Shown here piece after piece: positions 35,383-45,395 of a stretch of 52,807 nucleotides of DNA. The position numbers and the translations under genes were made by a program. Within the stretch, counting starts at the first letter, position 1; the number at the start of each line of letters is the position of its first letter. The notes under the pieces are model-generated. The model did no database searches, was not told the DNA's origin, and was given only the letters and a program-made list of their open reading frames with translations. This DNA is from a virus. Its lineage: Duplodnaviria; Caudoviricetes. The stretch lies in IMG/VR virus record IMGVR_UViG_3300030207_000368, positions 1 through 52,807 of that record. One strand, written 5' to 3'.

Positions 35383-37575
35383 TTAGTTTCTAATTCTCAA
35401 TGTTCTGCGAGTGGTAGGACGAGTTAACCTTCCTCTGCCTGTAGGAATTTCTCCTGGCCCCTCAAGATTTATATCGTCTTCACTGATACCGTAATATTCG
35501 AAAAAGCCATTGTATTTCTTGCCTTTCGGCCCAGTTATTTCACTTCGCAGGTATTTATTGTACAACTGCTCATATTCCCCTAGTCGCTCTAGTATAGGAA
35601 CATAGCGATATCGTTGATTCACTTTATCGTAAGTAAAATCGGGGTAAGCTCCACCTCGACTTACCATCGAAATTCTTTGCTGTATTCTATCTGCTGCTGC
35701 TTGTTTTTCTTCTGCAGTTTTCTGAGGATCGCTTAACGTATTGAGATCTGCGGCATCGACGCCGAAAGTCCCTATTAGTTCATTATTCGTTTCTCTAATA
35801 CCTGTTTCATCATGAACTCGAGCATTGTTAGAAAGTTTTCTAAACTCCCCTGAATCGAATGTTTGAAAGCGTCCTTTTACAAAGCTAGCAATTTTCTTTC
35901 CTACTGCTCTAGCATTTTGTTGACCAAAACCTACTTGCTCTAGGAAGTTTGCAACATCCTTATCTGAAAGGGATGTACCTGTTTGGCCATCTGCAGCAGC
36001 GGCGGCATATGCTAGTCGTAATTGTCCTGCCGCTAACATTCCTCGTTTTTCAAGAATATCTTGAAACTCATCGCTTTCCAAGTCTAAAGAAGTGAAAGCG
36101 TTACTGTATCCTTGATCTATTGAGTTTGTCTGCACTTCTTTTAATGCTGTAGTAAGTGCAGTCCTAGCAGCTGCTTTATCTTGTGCGCTTGCTGAAGAAC
36201 TAGTCATTACTGTGTTGTAATCGTTACTAGCGATCAATAACTTATTCATGCTTACTGCTGCTTGCGCACTGCCTGCTTGGTCATAAATAATATCGCCTAC
36301 TGACTTACCGCTTCGTTCAAACAGGTTGTATAGCGCATTGATGTTTTTACCAACCGTGTCCAGTGTTCCTGCAATCGCACCAGCGTCTGCTAATAACTCT
36401 GGATTTGTTTCACCTTGTATAGTGATAGGTAGGAGATCAGCTGCAATGTTCGCTACTTCCATAGTAGCTATTTCTCGGTCTCTACGACCATCGAATCTTT
36501 TTACAAGTTGTGGATCGCCTTTTTCACGTGAGTCTAGATCAGCTAGTTCTTGATCATAAGGAACCCAGTTATCGTTATAGTCACTAGCCAAAGAAGCCGC
36601 AGATCGTTTTTGTCTTTTACCATCACGGTTACGAGGGTCTAATAACATTACTCGTGAATCACGGCCTTGAGGAGTTTGCATAAACTGCACAGTTCCGTAA
36701 GCAATATCTCCATTAGTCGTGTTATAAAGTTTTACATCTTTTGGTTTTCCAGGATCGTTGTCGTCTAAAGTCAATGATTCACGAACAAAGTATTGACCTT
36801 TAGGAACAGGGGTTTGTTTGCCGTTAGAATCTATTATGAAATCAACTTGCGGGTTGCCCGCACTAAGAACATAACGAGTAGTTTTATCAGGAGAAATTAA
36901 AACAGTTCGTTTTACAGGAGAAAATGATCCATCTTCCATAAGCTCTGCGCTATAACTAACTTTACGGTCAAAATCACCTATATCGGCAAGTTTTTTACCT
37001 CGTTCAGTTTGACGATCAAGATAGGCTTCTAATCGAGCTTCGTCTAAAGCTCCTCTAACTTTTCTACCCGCACCCGCTGTAGAAATAAATTCAGCAACTC
37101 CACCTTCTCCTTCATCGTCTAAAAATGCAGCAGGAGCATAAGTAAGAGCTTCGGTTAAGGCTTTGCCTAACAGAGTTTTTTGTCTGGGAACATCTCCTGC
37201 TGGAAGTGCTGCATCAACCAAGTCTCTTCGTCTTTTGGCTTCCTCTAAAAAAGGATCTATTCCTACTTTGGACTCTTCTAGTCCTAGTGTAGGCTTTTTA
37301 ACTCCTAACTCTTCAAGAGTTTTTTGATCTTTTTGATACAGAATATTTTCTAATCCAGGAAGACTTCCTAATCCTTTTACTGCAGCTTCCCCGAGTAACG
37401 GAGAAATAGCACCTAGTAAGGCTCCCTGTAACGCTTTCTTAGGCTCTTTTTGCGGGGTAGTGCGGAGTGCTGGGGTAGGAGCGAATTGCATCCCTCGTAC
37501 CGGCTTAACGTCGATAGGCTTAACGAGGTCTGAAATACCTCCCCCGCCTATATTAAAACCGTAATTCGTAGCCAC
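35383..37575 (-). CDS. DNA ejection (internal virion) protein
   Basis: 730 aa, GTG start coupled to upstream TAG. Confidence 0.6.
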   Translation of the reverse strand: MATNYGFNIGGGGISDLVKPIDVKPVRGMQFAPTPALRTTPQKEPKKALQGALLGAISPLLGEAAVKGLGSLPGLENILYQKDQKTLEELGVKKPTLGLEESKVGIDPFLEEAKRRRDLVDAALPAGDVPRQKTLLGKALTEALTYAPAAFLDDEGEGGVAEFISTAGAGRKVRGALDEARLEAYLDRQTERGKKLADIGDFDRKVSYSAELMEDGSFSPVKRTVLISPDKTTRYVLSAGNPQVDFIIDSNGKQTPVPKGQYFVRESLTLDDNDPGKPKDVKLYNTTNGDIAYGTVQFMQTPQGRDSRVMLLDPRNRDGKRQKRSAASLASDYNDNWVPYDQELADLDSREKGDPQLVKRFDGRRDREIATMEVANIAADLLPITIQGETNPELLADAGAIAGTLDTVGKNINALYNLFERSGKSVGDIIYDQAGSAQAAVSMNKLLIASNDYNTVMTSSSASAQDKAAARTALTTALKEVQTNSIDQGYSNAFTSLDLESDEFQDILEKRGMLAAGQLRLAYAAAAADGQTGTSLSDKDVANFLEQVGFGQQNARAVGKKIASFVKGRFQTFDSGEFRKLSNNARVHDETGIRETNNELIGTFGVDAADLNTLSDPQKTAEEKQAAADRIQQRISMVSRGGAYPDFTYDKVNQRYRYVPILERLGEYEQLYNKYLRSEITGPKGKKYNGFFEYYGISEDDINLEGPGEIPTGRGRLTRPTTRRTLRIRN

Positions 37576-39320
37576 TAGCCAGTCCTCATTTTACGAGAAG
37601 TCATTGGAAAACGAGACGCGATTCCTCCATGCATTGCTTTGGCTGGGCTAAACCCCATCTTTCGTACTACATCAGGGGCTTTCTTAGAAAGAGCCGCGAG
37701 TCCTTTATTTCCCTCAGGAATCGGCTTACCGCCTTTCTCTACTGAACCGCCTTCGTTGTAGTATCCTCCTATGTTAGCGTAAGGATTAAATGCTCCTGCT
37801 GTACCTCCAGTCATAGAGTACGGACTTTGTTGTGTAGTTCCTGAGTATCCCGTTCCACCAGCCAGCGGCCCTGCACCAGTTAAGAAATTTGCGTAACCAG
37901 ACATAAGCTGTTGTGGTAAATTGTATTGACCTACAAAATTCTGGTAATTTAGATCCATAAGAGCTTGGTTTCTAGCTCGGTTCATTGCGCCTACATTCAT
38001 CATATTAGACACATCGCCTTGCATTAATCCAGGAAGTTGTGCGGCATAGCCTTGCATTGCTGATGCCCCAGTTTGTTGACCTCCAGCCAACTGTCCTGCG
38101 AGTCCACTTAACGCAGAAGAAGCCCCAGTCCCCATGCCGTAGAGCTGTTGCCCTCCTGACGTAAGTGCACCCGAAGTGCCCATTCCTGCTCCGTACCCTT
38201 GTTGACCAAAACCAGCAACGGTCGAAGCTAGTCGTTCTAATCCTGCTCCTCTTTGTGAACCTAGTCCGGCAATTTCACCAGCAGCTCCACGTCTAGCAGC
38301 TCCACGTTGGCCTGCTACTCCAGAAAGTAAAGAAGCTAATCCTGTTCTTGCGCTTCCTGCTTGAGCACCTAATCCTGCAGTAGTTCCAGCAGCAGCTGCT
38401 TCAGCTCCACGCTGTCTTCCAAACTCACCCATAGCCGCTGATCGTGCGCCTTCATAGCCACGACTCCTGATTCCTGCTACAGCGTCCATTAATCCACGAC
38501 CTGTTACACGGTCAGACTCTTCTTGTGTAAGACGAGATCTTGCACCTCCGAATGCTCCTTGTCCTACTTCTCCCGCTCGTCGTCCAATATCGCTTTTAGC
38601 TTGTGATTCACGAATATCTTTCATCGCTTGTTGTACAACAGCATCCTCGTAAGGATCCATATACTGACTTACTGAGGAGGGGTCGAATCCTGCCGTGCTG
38701 GCCCGTGTTTGTTGTAACGCTTCTTGTATATACGGGTCTTGAGCAGTAACTGCGCCTCGTCCTATTTGAGCTGCTTCAGTTAATCCTGCTAATTCATCAG
38801 CTCGACCTGATCTAATTCCTGCAATACCTTCTGTTAAATATGGGTCAGACATAGTCTGACCTTCTCTAGCTAGACGTTCAGCTTCTGATAACTGACCACG
38901 AAACTCGCCTTCTGCACCCACAGCTCTATCTAATCCTGTGCGGGTGTAATCTTCTCCTTGTTGCAGAGAACGTAAAAGTTGTGCTTTTGCCTCAGAAGTT
39001 CCTCCTGCTAACGTAGCAAGAGCTTCTTCACTTAGACCGGCAGCACGATTGAAATACGGTTGAAATGCGCCAATACCTTGATCAGCCATTTGCATTGCAA
39101 GTTTTTCTCTAGGAGAGAAATCTGCAATACGGTCGCCTGTATAAGTAAACGGACTACTATCGGCAGCTCCTAGGTTTTGGAACTGGCTTGCGTAATACTG
39201 TTCTACTCCTGGAAGTAGACCAAAACGACCCCCGCCCCCTGTTAAAAGGTTGTATATATACTGGTCAGGAGCCTGATAACTATATGCAGTTTGATTCTCA
39301 GCCATATCGTTCATCACCAA
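37575..39320 (-). CDS. Gly/Ala/Gln-rich DNA transfer protein
   Basis: YMDPYEDAVVQ..GAFGGAR motif and A/G/Q repeats; true start may be MAENQ. Confidence 0.65.
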   Translation of the reverse strand: MVMNDMAENQTAYSYQAPDQYIYNLLTGGGGRFGLLPGVEQYYASQFQNLGAADSSPFTYTGDRIADFSPREKLAMQMADQGIGAFQPYFNRAAGLSEEALATLAGGTSEAKAQLLRSLQQGEDYTRTGLDRAVGAEGEFRGQLSEAERLAREGQTMSDPYLTEGIAGIRSGRADELAGLTEAAQIGRGAVTAQDPYIQEALQQTRASTAGFDPSSVSQYMDPYEDAVVQQAMKDIRESQAKSDIGRRAGEVGQGAFGGARSRLTQEESDRVTGRGLMDAVAGIRSRGYEGARSAAMGEFGRQRGAEAAAAGTTAGLGAQAGSARTGLASLLSGVAGQRGAARRGAAGEIAGLGSQRGAGLERLASTVAGFGQQGYGAGMGTSGALTSGGQQLYGMGTGASSALSGLAGQLAGGQQTGASAMQGYAAQLPGLMQGDVSNMMNVGAMNRARNQALMDLNYQNFVGQYNLPQQLMSGYANFLTGAGPLAGGTGYSGTTQQSPYSMTGGTAGAFNPYANIGGYYNEGGSVEKGGKPIPEGNKGLAALSKKAPDVVRKMGFSPAKAMHGGIASRFPMTSRKMRTG

Positions 39321-40431
39321 AATTTATTCTATCAAGAGCAGCGATTCCTTGTTGAAGGTCGCCGCCACCCATTCGTCTCACGCCTTTAGCGGAAACAACG
39401 TATTCGTTAGGACTAGCCCAAATCGGAACTAAATCTTCTTTCTCACCCCCAGGACCATCAACCTCACCGCCTCCTAGAAACATTTTGCGGTTAAGGACTG
39501 TACCGCCATCTTCCATTTCTATAGGGTCTGCATCTATTCGAGAAGTTGGTTGATTTCTCGCCTTGACTGCGGCGACTAATTTTTCTGTGTCATCATCAGA
39601 AATTAAAGAATCTCCCAATATTCCACCGAGGGCTTGTAAAACAGACATCAGCCCCATATTAAGCCCCGTTGCCGCTTCCCCTCCTTCGCTCATTCCTATA
39701 GGTCTGTTTCGAACCTGTCCAGCTTGAAAACGAGGTCTGGGCGCAGAGATGGTACGAGGGGTGTCATCTTCACCTACGGCTGCTTTTGCTGCAATACCTA
39801 ACCCTGTTCCAAGGGACTTCCCTAGTTGCTGAGCAACTACAGGATTATTTTCTAAATATCTTCTTAGTTGTTCAAGTTTTGATTCAACGTCTATTCCTTC
39901 TAAATCAACAGGAGAAGCAATATCTTGATCAGGTAAAGAACTTCCAAACTCGTCAATTCCTTCTCGACCTTTTAGATTAACAGGGGAATTAAGTGAGTCT
40001 ATAGTTTCAGTTTCTAAATCAAGAGCATCTCCCATACTTCTCAACTCAGCTTCCGTTGCGTCTGCTGATAAAGTGTTTTCTACGAGACTTTGCTCTTGTA
40101 GTCTTCTAAGCTCTTCTAAGGTTTGTGCAAAATTAGCGTCTAGTCCTGCAGCAGCTCCAACACCACTCGGAGTACCGTTACTCGCTCTCAACGGGGCATC
40201 AACGCGATTACGGTAGCGTTCATTTAAAGCATCAACAAGTTTACCGCCGCCAATATTTCCGATACCAGTGTTGGCTCCGTAAGTAGCGTATTTATTAAGT
40301 ATTTCAGTAGTTACGTCAGGAGAGATGCCTATCTCGGCATTTTGCTCAATCATCTTACGAGCGTTAGATTCAGGATTAGTCATCGAATCCATTAAGGATG
40401 CTCGTTGTTCGTCGCTAAATATACTCGTCAT
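39298..40431 (-). CDS. Internal virion protein
   Basis: C-terminal GGEVDGPGG..D.VP..S..EYVV module; MSEGG, MEDGG motifs. Confidence 0.6.
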   Translation of the reverse strand: MTSIFSDEQRASLMDSMTNPESNARKMIEQNAEIGISPDVTTEILNKYATYGANTGIGNIGGGKLVDALNERYRNRVDAPLRASNGTPSGVGAAAGLDANFAQTLEELRRLQEQSLVENTLSADATEAELRSMGDALDLETETIDSLNSPVNLKGREGIDEFGSSLPDQDIASPVDLEGIDVESKLEQLRRYLENNPVVAQQLGKSLGTGLGIAAKAAVGEDDTPRTISAPRPRFQAGQVRNRPIGMSEGGEAATGLNMGLMSVLQALGGILGDSLISDDDTEKLVAAVKARNQPTSRIDADPIEMEDGGTVLNRKMFLGGGEVDGPGGEKEDLVPIWASPNEYVVSAKGVRRMGGGDLQQGIAALDRINFGDERYG

Positions 40432-40434
40432 AAA

Positions 40435-40764
40435 CTACCCAACCTCTACAACTATTGATCCGCTTGCAATCACCTGTATTTCCCCTAAACTAGCTGTAGC
40501 ACTGAGTCCAGAGGTAGTGGGCGTGGAAATATTCTGCCACGAATCTCCTAAATATACCTGAAGAACACTTTCAGTTGTATTCCAAATAATACTCCCAGCT
40601 TCGAATTTTAGCTCATCTCTTTCGTCACTTGTAAAGACAGGAGTTCTATCTGGGTCAACTCTATCTAGGCTTAATTCTAAGACTCTAACAGCTCTATTGA
40701 ACGTATCACCACGAACCGTGGGTTCTAATTCAATAGGTAATCTTCCCTGTAAAAGTTTAGTCAT
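40435..40764 (-). CDS. Tail-associated structural protein
   Basis: GSIIWNTT..LQVY.G..W motif; coupled to nozzle gene. Confidence 0.6.
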   Translation of the reverse strand: MTKLLQGRLPIELEPTVRGDTFNRAVRVLELSLDRVDPDRTPVFTSDERDELKFEAGSIIWNTTESVLQVYLGDSWQNISTPTTSGLSATASLGEIQVIASGSIVVEVG

Positions 40765-42644
40765 CTTCTTCCATTAGGACGAATATCTAAACGAGTACCA
40801 CCGATTCTAAAACCAACACCTAGTTGTATGCCTTCATCAGCATCGTCATCAGATTCAAAACGGACTACGGCTTGTCTTGCACGTGCTCGCATATCTATTT
40901 TAGTAGTGGTCGCTGTAAACGCTGTTGTACTATCTGTAGCTAAGGAATCACCAGGATAATTACGGGTTTTTAACACAGTGTTAATTTGTTGTCCAGACCC
41001 TCCTGTACCCGTAAAACTTACATCTGGAATCATGCGACGAACAAACTGGAAGTTTTCGCCTTCTCCAATATCGAAATCAGCGGATTCTATATAAACGTCA
41101 GTCATAGGAGAACCGTCTGCATCGTTACCTGTTTCATGATCATAAATATAATAGCTGCTGCTTGCTTCTCCTGCTGCCCTAGGAGTATTCTCAACCCCTT
41201 CATCAAGCCACGCGGTACGAGCTAATTTACCAATAGACCACACTTTATCAACGTAGTTGTACGTTACATATCTATCAGGTAAGTCAGAGTCACTAGAGTT
41301 ATAAAACCAACCTACTTCATTGAATTGACGATTAAGAAGTGCAAAAAACTGAAAGTTCTGAGATTCATTAATATCGTCAAACACATAACTATGTACACTA
41401 CAATCTACAGGTTGAACAGATCCGTTATAGACGTAGAATCCTTTACGATCCATCCAGAAAACACCTGAAGGTGAGTTGACTGCTGCATTCGGGCCAATTA
41501 ATCCCACACCTTCGTTAACTAGATTAACACCAAAAGTAAGCGGTGCGCCTATAAACTGTAAGCTATATAGCGCGGTATCTGTCCATATTAGAGTTTCTTG
41601 CCTAGCTCGTAACCCGCCTATAATTTGTGACCCTGAAGAAAGCCGTAGACTCCCTGCGGTGTTAGTGCTTTTTGGTTCCCACTCTAAGATATTTTCTTGA
41701 TCACACCAGCTGATTAACAACGGATCAAGAACATTGGAACGAGTTGGGCCTGAAATTGGATCAGAACCAAGAACTAATACATGACGGTCTACTGCAGAAA
41801 CTAAAATCTGAAGACCTAGTGTTGGGGGAAGATTAGCGTTTGTTACATCTTCTAAGGCTTTTGCCCTAACTGAAACGGTATCTGAATTATCCCAGAGAAA
41901 AATACCTCCTGCTCTTACGCAAGAAACCATATCTTCACCAAAATTATCAATAGACCATAACCGTAACTGGCTAGAAGCACTTAACGCACTAACAGACCCA
42001 AACGTACCGCTGCCCCAAGTGCCAGAACCCCAGCCAGAACCAGATACGAAAGTGTCTAGTCCTACGTTAATTTGATAAGCTCCAACTACGCTACTGCCTC
42101 CGTTACCACTATCACTAGCGTTAGCCGTGACCGTGGTTCCTGAAGTGTCTTTCGCAGTAAATGTGTATGCGTTAGCACTGGTTACAGTAGCTATTTCATA
42201 TTCTTGATTAAGAACAGCCGCTGTAACTAAACCACCTAAAGTAGCTGCCCCGCTAAAGGTGACGAAGTCACCTGCTGCTGCTCCGTGGTTCGTATCTGTT
42301 GCGGTAATAGTAGAAGAACCATTACTGGCTGAAAAAGTAACATCTCCCGCGCTCGTAGTTAAACGGAGAGGAGTTATGTCATTAAACTCATCCCCTTGTT
42401 GGATATAAAGTTTTAAACGGGTTCCTATGCCTAGAAATTTTGTACCTTGAAGATTAACCCAAGCATGAAGTTTACGTCCTGTTCCCTTATAAGCACTAAG
42501 AGAGTTTTTAGCCCAGCCCCCTATCTTTTCTGGAAATCCTTTTCTAAACCGGACTAAATTACCGTCAAACCACCCGTTCTCAGCAGTGTATGCTGTACCT
42601 TCTTTATTTATTCCAGGATTAAAAATAAATTTCTGAAGAGGCAT
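40761..42644 (-). CDS. Tail nozzle / packaged-DNA stabilization protein
   Basis: PGINKE..W.DG..VRFR.G.PEKIGGW; beta-propeller-like WSIDNFGED, WCDQE, FNEV.WFY, RTAW.D. Confidence 0.75.
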   Translation of the reverse strand: MPLQKFIFNPGINKEGTAYTAENGWFDGNLVRFRKGFPEKIGGWAKNSLSAYKGTGRKLHAWVNLQGTKFLGIGTRLKLYIQQGDEFNDITPLRLTTSAGDVTFSASNGSSTITATDTNHGAAAGDFVTFSGAATLGGLVTAAVLNQEYEIATVTSANAYTFTAKDTSGTTVTANASDSGNGGSSVVGAYQINVGLDTFVSGSGWGSGTWGSGTFGSVSALSASSQLRLWSIDNFGEDMVSCVRAGGIFLWDNSDTVSVRAKALEDVTNANLPPTLGLQILVSAVDRHVLVLGSDPISGPTRSNVLDPLLISWCDQENILEWEPKSTNTAGSLRLSSGSQIIGGLRARQETLIWTDTALYSLQFIGAPLTFGVNLVNEGVGLIGPNAAVNSPSGVFWMDRKGFYVYNGSVQPVDCSVHSYVFDDINESQNFQFFALLNRQFNEVGWFYNSSDSDLPDRYVTYNYVDKVWSIGKLARTAWLDEGVENTPRAAGEASSSYYIYDHETGNDADGSPMTDVYIESADFDIGEGENFQFVRRMIPDVSFTGTGGSGQQINTVLKTRNYPGDSLATDSTTAFTATTTKIDMRARARQAVVRFESDDDADEGIQLGVGFRIGGTRLDIRPNGRR

Positions 42645-43063
42645 TACTGGTACTCTCCTGTTCGTATAATTTCTGTAACTTCTACAGCACGATCTCCAAC
42701 TTGTTCACTCCATCTGCTGTCCATAAACTCATCAGCAGCGTTTTCAAATTCTTCACGAGACATTGCTTCTAAAGCCTTCACAAAACCTCTCAGCCTTGTT
42801 TGACCAAGATTAAAACTAAGGTCTATCATGGCGTCTTGTCTAGCGTCATTTAAACCTGCAAACCAGTAGTATTCTTCTGTAAGCTCTTCTCGAACTCTTT
42901 TAATATCGTTATTTAGAAGATAGTCAATCTCATCTTCAGAAAGTCCCAGTCCATCTTCACTTATATTGCGACCAACACCTATCGTTTCGTAGCCTGCGCT
43001 ACACAAATAAACCTTATCCCGAACGCCCTCATGTCTTCTTAGCATCTCAATCAATTCGTTCAC
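42644..43063 (-). CDS. Endolysin, T4-lysozyme-like (GH24)
   Basis: HEG..Y.C..G..TIGVGRN (E-x8-C-x5-T), FNLG, DSRW..QVG.RA; GTG start behind GGAGG. Confidence 0.9.
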   Translation of the reverse strand: MNELIEMLRRHEGVRDKVYLCSAGYETIGVGRNISEDGLGLSEDEIDYLLNNDIKRVREELTEEYYWFAGLNDARQDAMIDLSFNLGQTRLRGFVKALEAMSREEFENAADEFMDSRWSEQVGDRAVEVTEIIRTGEYQ

Positions 43064-43433
43064 TGACTTCCTCCTTGTTATCGGATTCTTTATAATAGTC
43101 AATTATAGATAAAACTTGTCTAATGTATCGCTTAATTTCAGCCATATTGTGCGACAAGTTTTCATATCCTTTTGTAGAAAGCCCATAAAATGCGTTAGTA
43201 GGCGCATTACCTTCCTGTAAGTCAATTAAGTATTCTTCCATCGTTGAAGGAGTTAGAACGGTCCATTCAACAGGAAGAGTGTTAACCTTATTCGGAAGAG
43301 GAGGATGATATTGTGGAGCAGGCTCTACAACAGTAACCACCTCTACTTGTTTGGTTTCTGGCAAAGACGGTTTACGGTCAAGTACTGAACAACCGTTAAG
43401 AATTAGACACAGTAGTAATACTTTCCAACTCAT
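43047..43433 (-). CDS. o-spanin-like lipoprotein
   Basis: Lipobox LNGC, Pro-rich stretch, overlaps i-spanin. Confidence 0.75.
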   Translation of the reverse strand: MSWKVLLLCLILNGCSVLDRKPSLPETKQVEVVTVVEPAPQYHPPLPNKVNTLPVEWTVLTPSTMEEYLIDLQEGNAPTNAFYGLSTKGYENLSHNMAEIKRYIRQVLSIIDYYKESDNKEEVSERID

Positions 43434-43800
43434 TCAATACATCCTTAGTTCCTTTATTGATGATTTTTTCAATCAACTTAGGTTTTTTGAGCGATAGAAC
43501 AGTGAGGTCGTGTTTAGCAAATTTCTCTCTAATGTTTTTAACCTCTTCCTGTGCCTTTTGATTTTCTTCAGTTAGTGTTTCTACTTTTGCTAACATCAGC
43601 GTATGTTTTTCGACAGTCTGTTTTAAGTTTTCATTTTGTTGCTGGATCGTTCCTTCCAGGATTTTTTCGTTCTGCAACGCACGTTCTAGCTGTATGTGAA
43701 AAGATTCAAGTTCCGCTTGTGATTTATCGTAGTACAGCTTAAATGCTGCTGCTGTAACAGCTAATGCTAAACCTAGCCCTATGCTGAGTTTAAATCCCAT
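43396..43800 (-). CDS. i-spanin
   Basis: N-terminal TM plus long coiled coil; start MGFKLS. Confidence 0.75.
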   Translation of the reverse strand: MGFKLSIGLGLALAVTAAAFKLYYDKSQAELESFHIQLERALQNEKILEGTIQQQNENLKQTVEKHTLMLAKVETLTEENQKAQEEVKNIREKFAKHDLTVLSLKKPKLIEKIINKGTKDVLNELESITTVSNS

Positions 43801-43801
43801 T

Positions 43802-44122
43802 TTATTTCCTTGCCATATAAGCAGTAGCTCCGAAATACAGCCCAACTACACTAGCCTGAGAAAGAAACAACATATCACTTAGAGAAGCTAATGTAGACAA
43901 GCGATCGGCAGGAACGAAAGGAGCAAGAGGAAGCAAGGCAAAGACACACATACTGACCATGGCCACCCATGCCATTTTTCTCTGGCTATCAGCTTTTTCT
44001 TCTTGTAATTCCAATTGCAACATTTCTTGATGTCTTGCGAGTTCTTCATCGCTTACTATTCCGTCTCCGTCTGTGTCGTACTCTGCATAACGAGACTTTG
44101 GTTCAAGTTTTTTTGCATTCAT
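43802..44122 (-). CDS. Holin-like membrane protein with EF-hand
   Basis: DTDGDGIVSDEE EF-hand loop and two TM helices ending YFGA. Confidence 0.6.
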   Translation of the reverse strand: MNAKKLEPKSRYAEYDTDGDGIVSDEELARHQEMLQLELQEEKADSQRKMAWVAMVSMCVFALLPLAPFVPADRLSTLASLSDMLFLSQASVVGLYFGATAYMARK

Positions 44123-44125
44123 AAT

Positions 44126-44380
44126 CTATCCATCGTCTTTTTTAACTTTCGGGTCTCTAAATATATATTTAACCCCCGCCTCACTCGTTAAGATCTCTCT
44201 AACCTCACAATATCCATCAAAATGTTTAGTTTTACTATGTATCCAATTATGAGTTCCAACACTCTGATGAATTAAAGCATCACGGTACTCTAAGCAACTT
44301 GTTAATTCAGTAAAATACAATTCAAGGTTAGGTTCTCCCTGCTTCAGGATAATTAACACAAAAATCATCATTGTTCTCAC
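44126..44380 (-). CDS. Small hypothetical protein with hydrophobic N-terminus
   Basis: Two Cys; GTG start overlaps the TGA of the upstream hidden frame. Confidence 0.55.
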   Translation of the reverse strand: MRTMMIFVLIILKQGEPNLELYFTELTSCLEYRDALIHQSVGTHNWIHSKTKHFDGYCEVREILTSEAGVKYIFRDPKVKKDDG

Positions 44381-44945
44381 AATCTTCTCTTTTTTAAAAT
44401 TGCTTGTGTTACTTCTGCTTCAGGTCTTACTAACTCCCATGTCAACATTTCTACCCTAACACTATGTGCTGTCCCTAAGACACGAGGCATTGTATTCCGA
44501 ATATATATCTGCCCTCCGTATTCACATTTTTGTTTGTTCCACCTTAACCAGTCAAGAGCAACCTCATGACGTTCAGATGGCGGTTGAATCGTTTCTAAGA
44601 GCCTCCATTCTCGTAAATCACAATCTAAGTTCGGATTTTTTGGATCGTAATTTACTAATTCGCGGCTTGTTTGATCATCAACTCTATTAACGTCTGAAGT
44701 TTCGCATCCGAGTCTCGAGCTGTCTCGTTCATCTGTGCAAGCGACTGAGTTATCTGTTCTATCGCTTGTGCGTTTAACTTTCCCGTTGTATCGGCTTCTT
44801 CCACCTTAACCTTTATCTCAGCTACTTCGTCTGCAGTAGCCTGCGCCTGCGCTTGCATAGATCCCCACGCTATTGCACCGGATAAAAGAGCAGCACCAAT
44901 AGGTAACGCCCACGTTGGGATTTTTATACTGTTTCCTTCGCTCAT
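44377..44945 (-). CDS. Predicted -1 frameshift product (about 189 aa) of the 96-aa membrane protein
   Basis: In-frame G GGA AAG at 44784-44778; -1 frame open for 133 further codons to TGA 44379-44377, with no start codon until the last 37. Confidence 0.65.
44655..44945 (-). CDS. TM plus coiled-coil protein (unshifted product)
   Basis: TWALPIGAALLSGAIAWG TM; SD AGGAG. Confidence 0.75.
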   Translation of the reverse strand: MSEGNSIKIPTWALPIGAALLSGAIAWGSMQAQAQATADEVAEIKVKVEEADTTGKLNAQAIEQITQSLAQMNETARDSDAKLQTLIELMIKQAAN

Positions 44946-44946
44946 G

Positions 44947-45192
44947 TTATGCTCCTAAAAACTGTGGAATTAGAATACTTCCCACAATTAATATATATAC
45001 TCCCCAGATCATTCTTTCTAATTTTTGAAATTTATTAGACCCTTCAGCTAATCGCTCTTCGATACGTTCATACCTTAAAGCACATTCTCTTTCATGAGTT
45101 CTTATTTCGTTCAGAGCTGCTTGTGCGTCTGAAGCAGGAATTGGTTTTTTCCTGGGTGTTTTAGACTTATTTGTCGTCTTTTTTGCTGGCAT
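44947..45192 (-). CDS. XhlA-like small membrane protein
   Basis: HERECALRY..RL..G..F..LE coiled coil plus C-terminal TM. Confidence 0.6.
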   Translation of the reverse strand: MPAKKTTNKSKTPRKKPIPASDAQAALNEIRTHERECALRYERIEERLAEGSNKFQKLERMIWGVYILIVGSILIPQFLGA

Positions 45193-45395
45193 TAATCAGA
45201 CCTTTTGACAAACTTAATTGGATTAGCTGTAGCTCCTTCTTTTGCCTTACCTATATTTAACGCTGCAATCTCAACAATTTTATATAGACGTCCAATCAAC
45301 GCATCATCTTTAGGTGTAGGAGTAAGGCTGCATATAATCGATGCTGCACACACAATACCCGTTACTACAGATATTATATTAAGAACAAAATCCAT
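45192..45395 (-). CDS. Holin-like small membrane protein
   Basis: TM, then ASII..TPTPKDD..ALN..KAK. Confidence 0.6.
   Translation of the reverse strand: MDFVLNIISVVTGIVCAASIICSLTPTPKDDALIGRLYKIVEIAALNIGKAKEGATANPIKFVKRSD

Noticed and set aside
44466-44690. 74-aa plus-strand ORF in the lysis-cassette gap
   Set aside because: Antisense to the late operon; the gap is better explained by the minus-strand frameshift ORF
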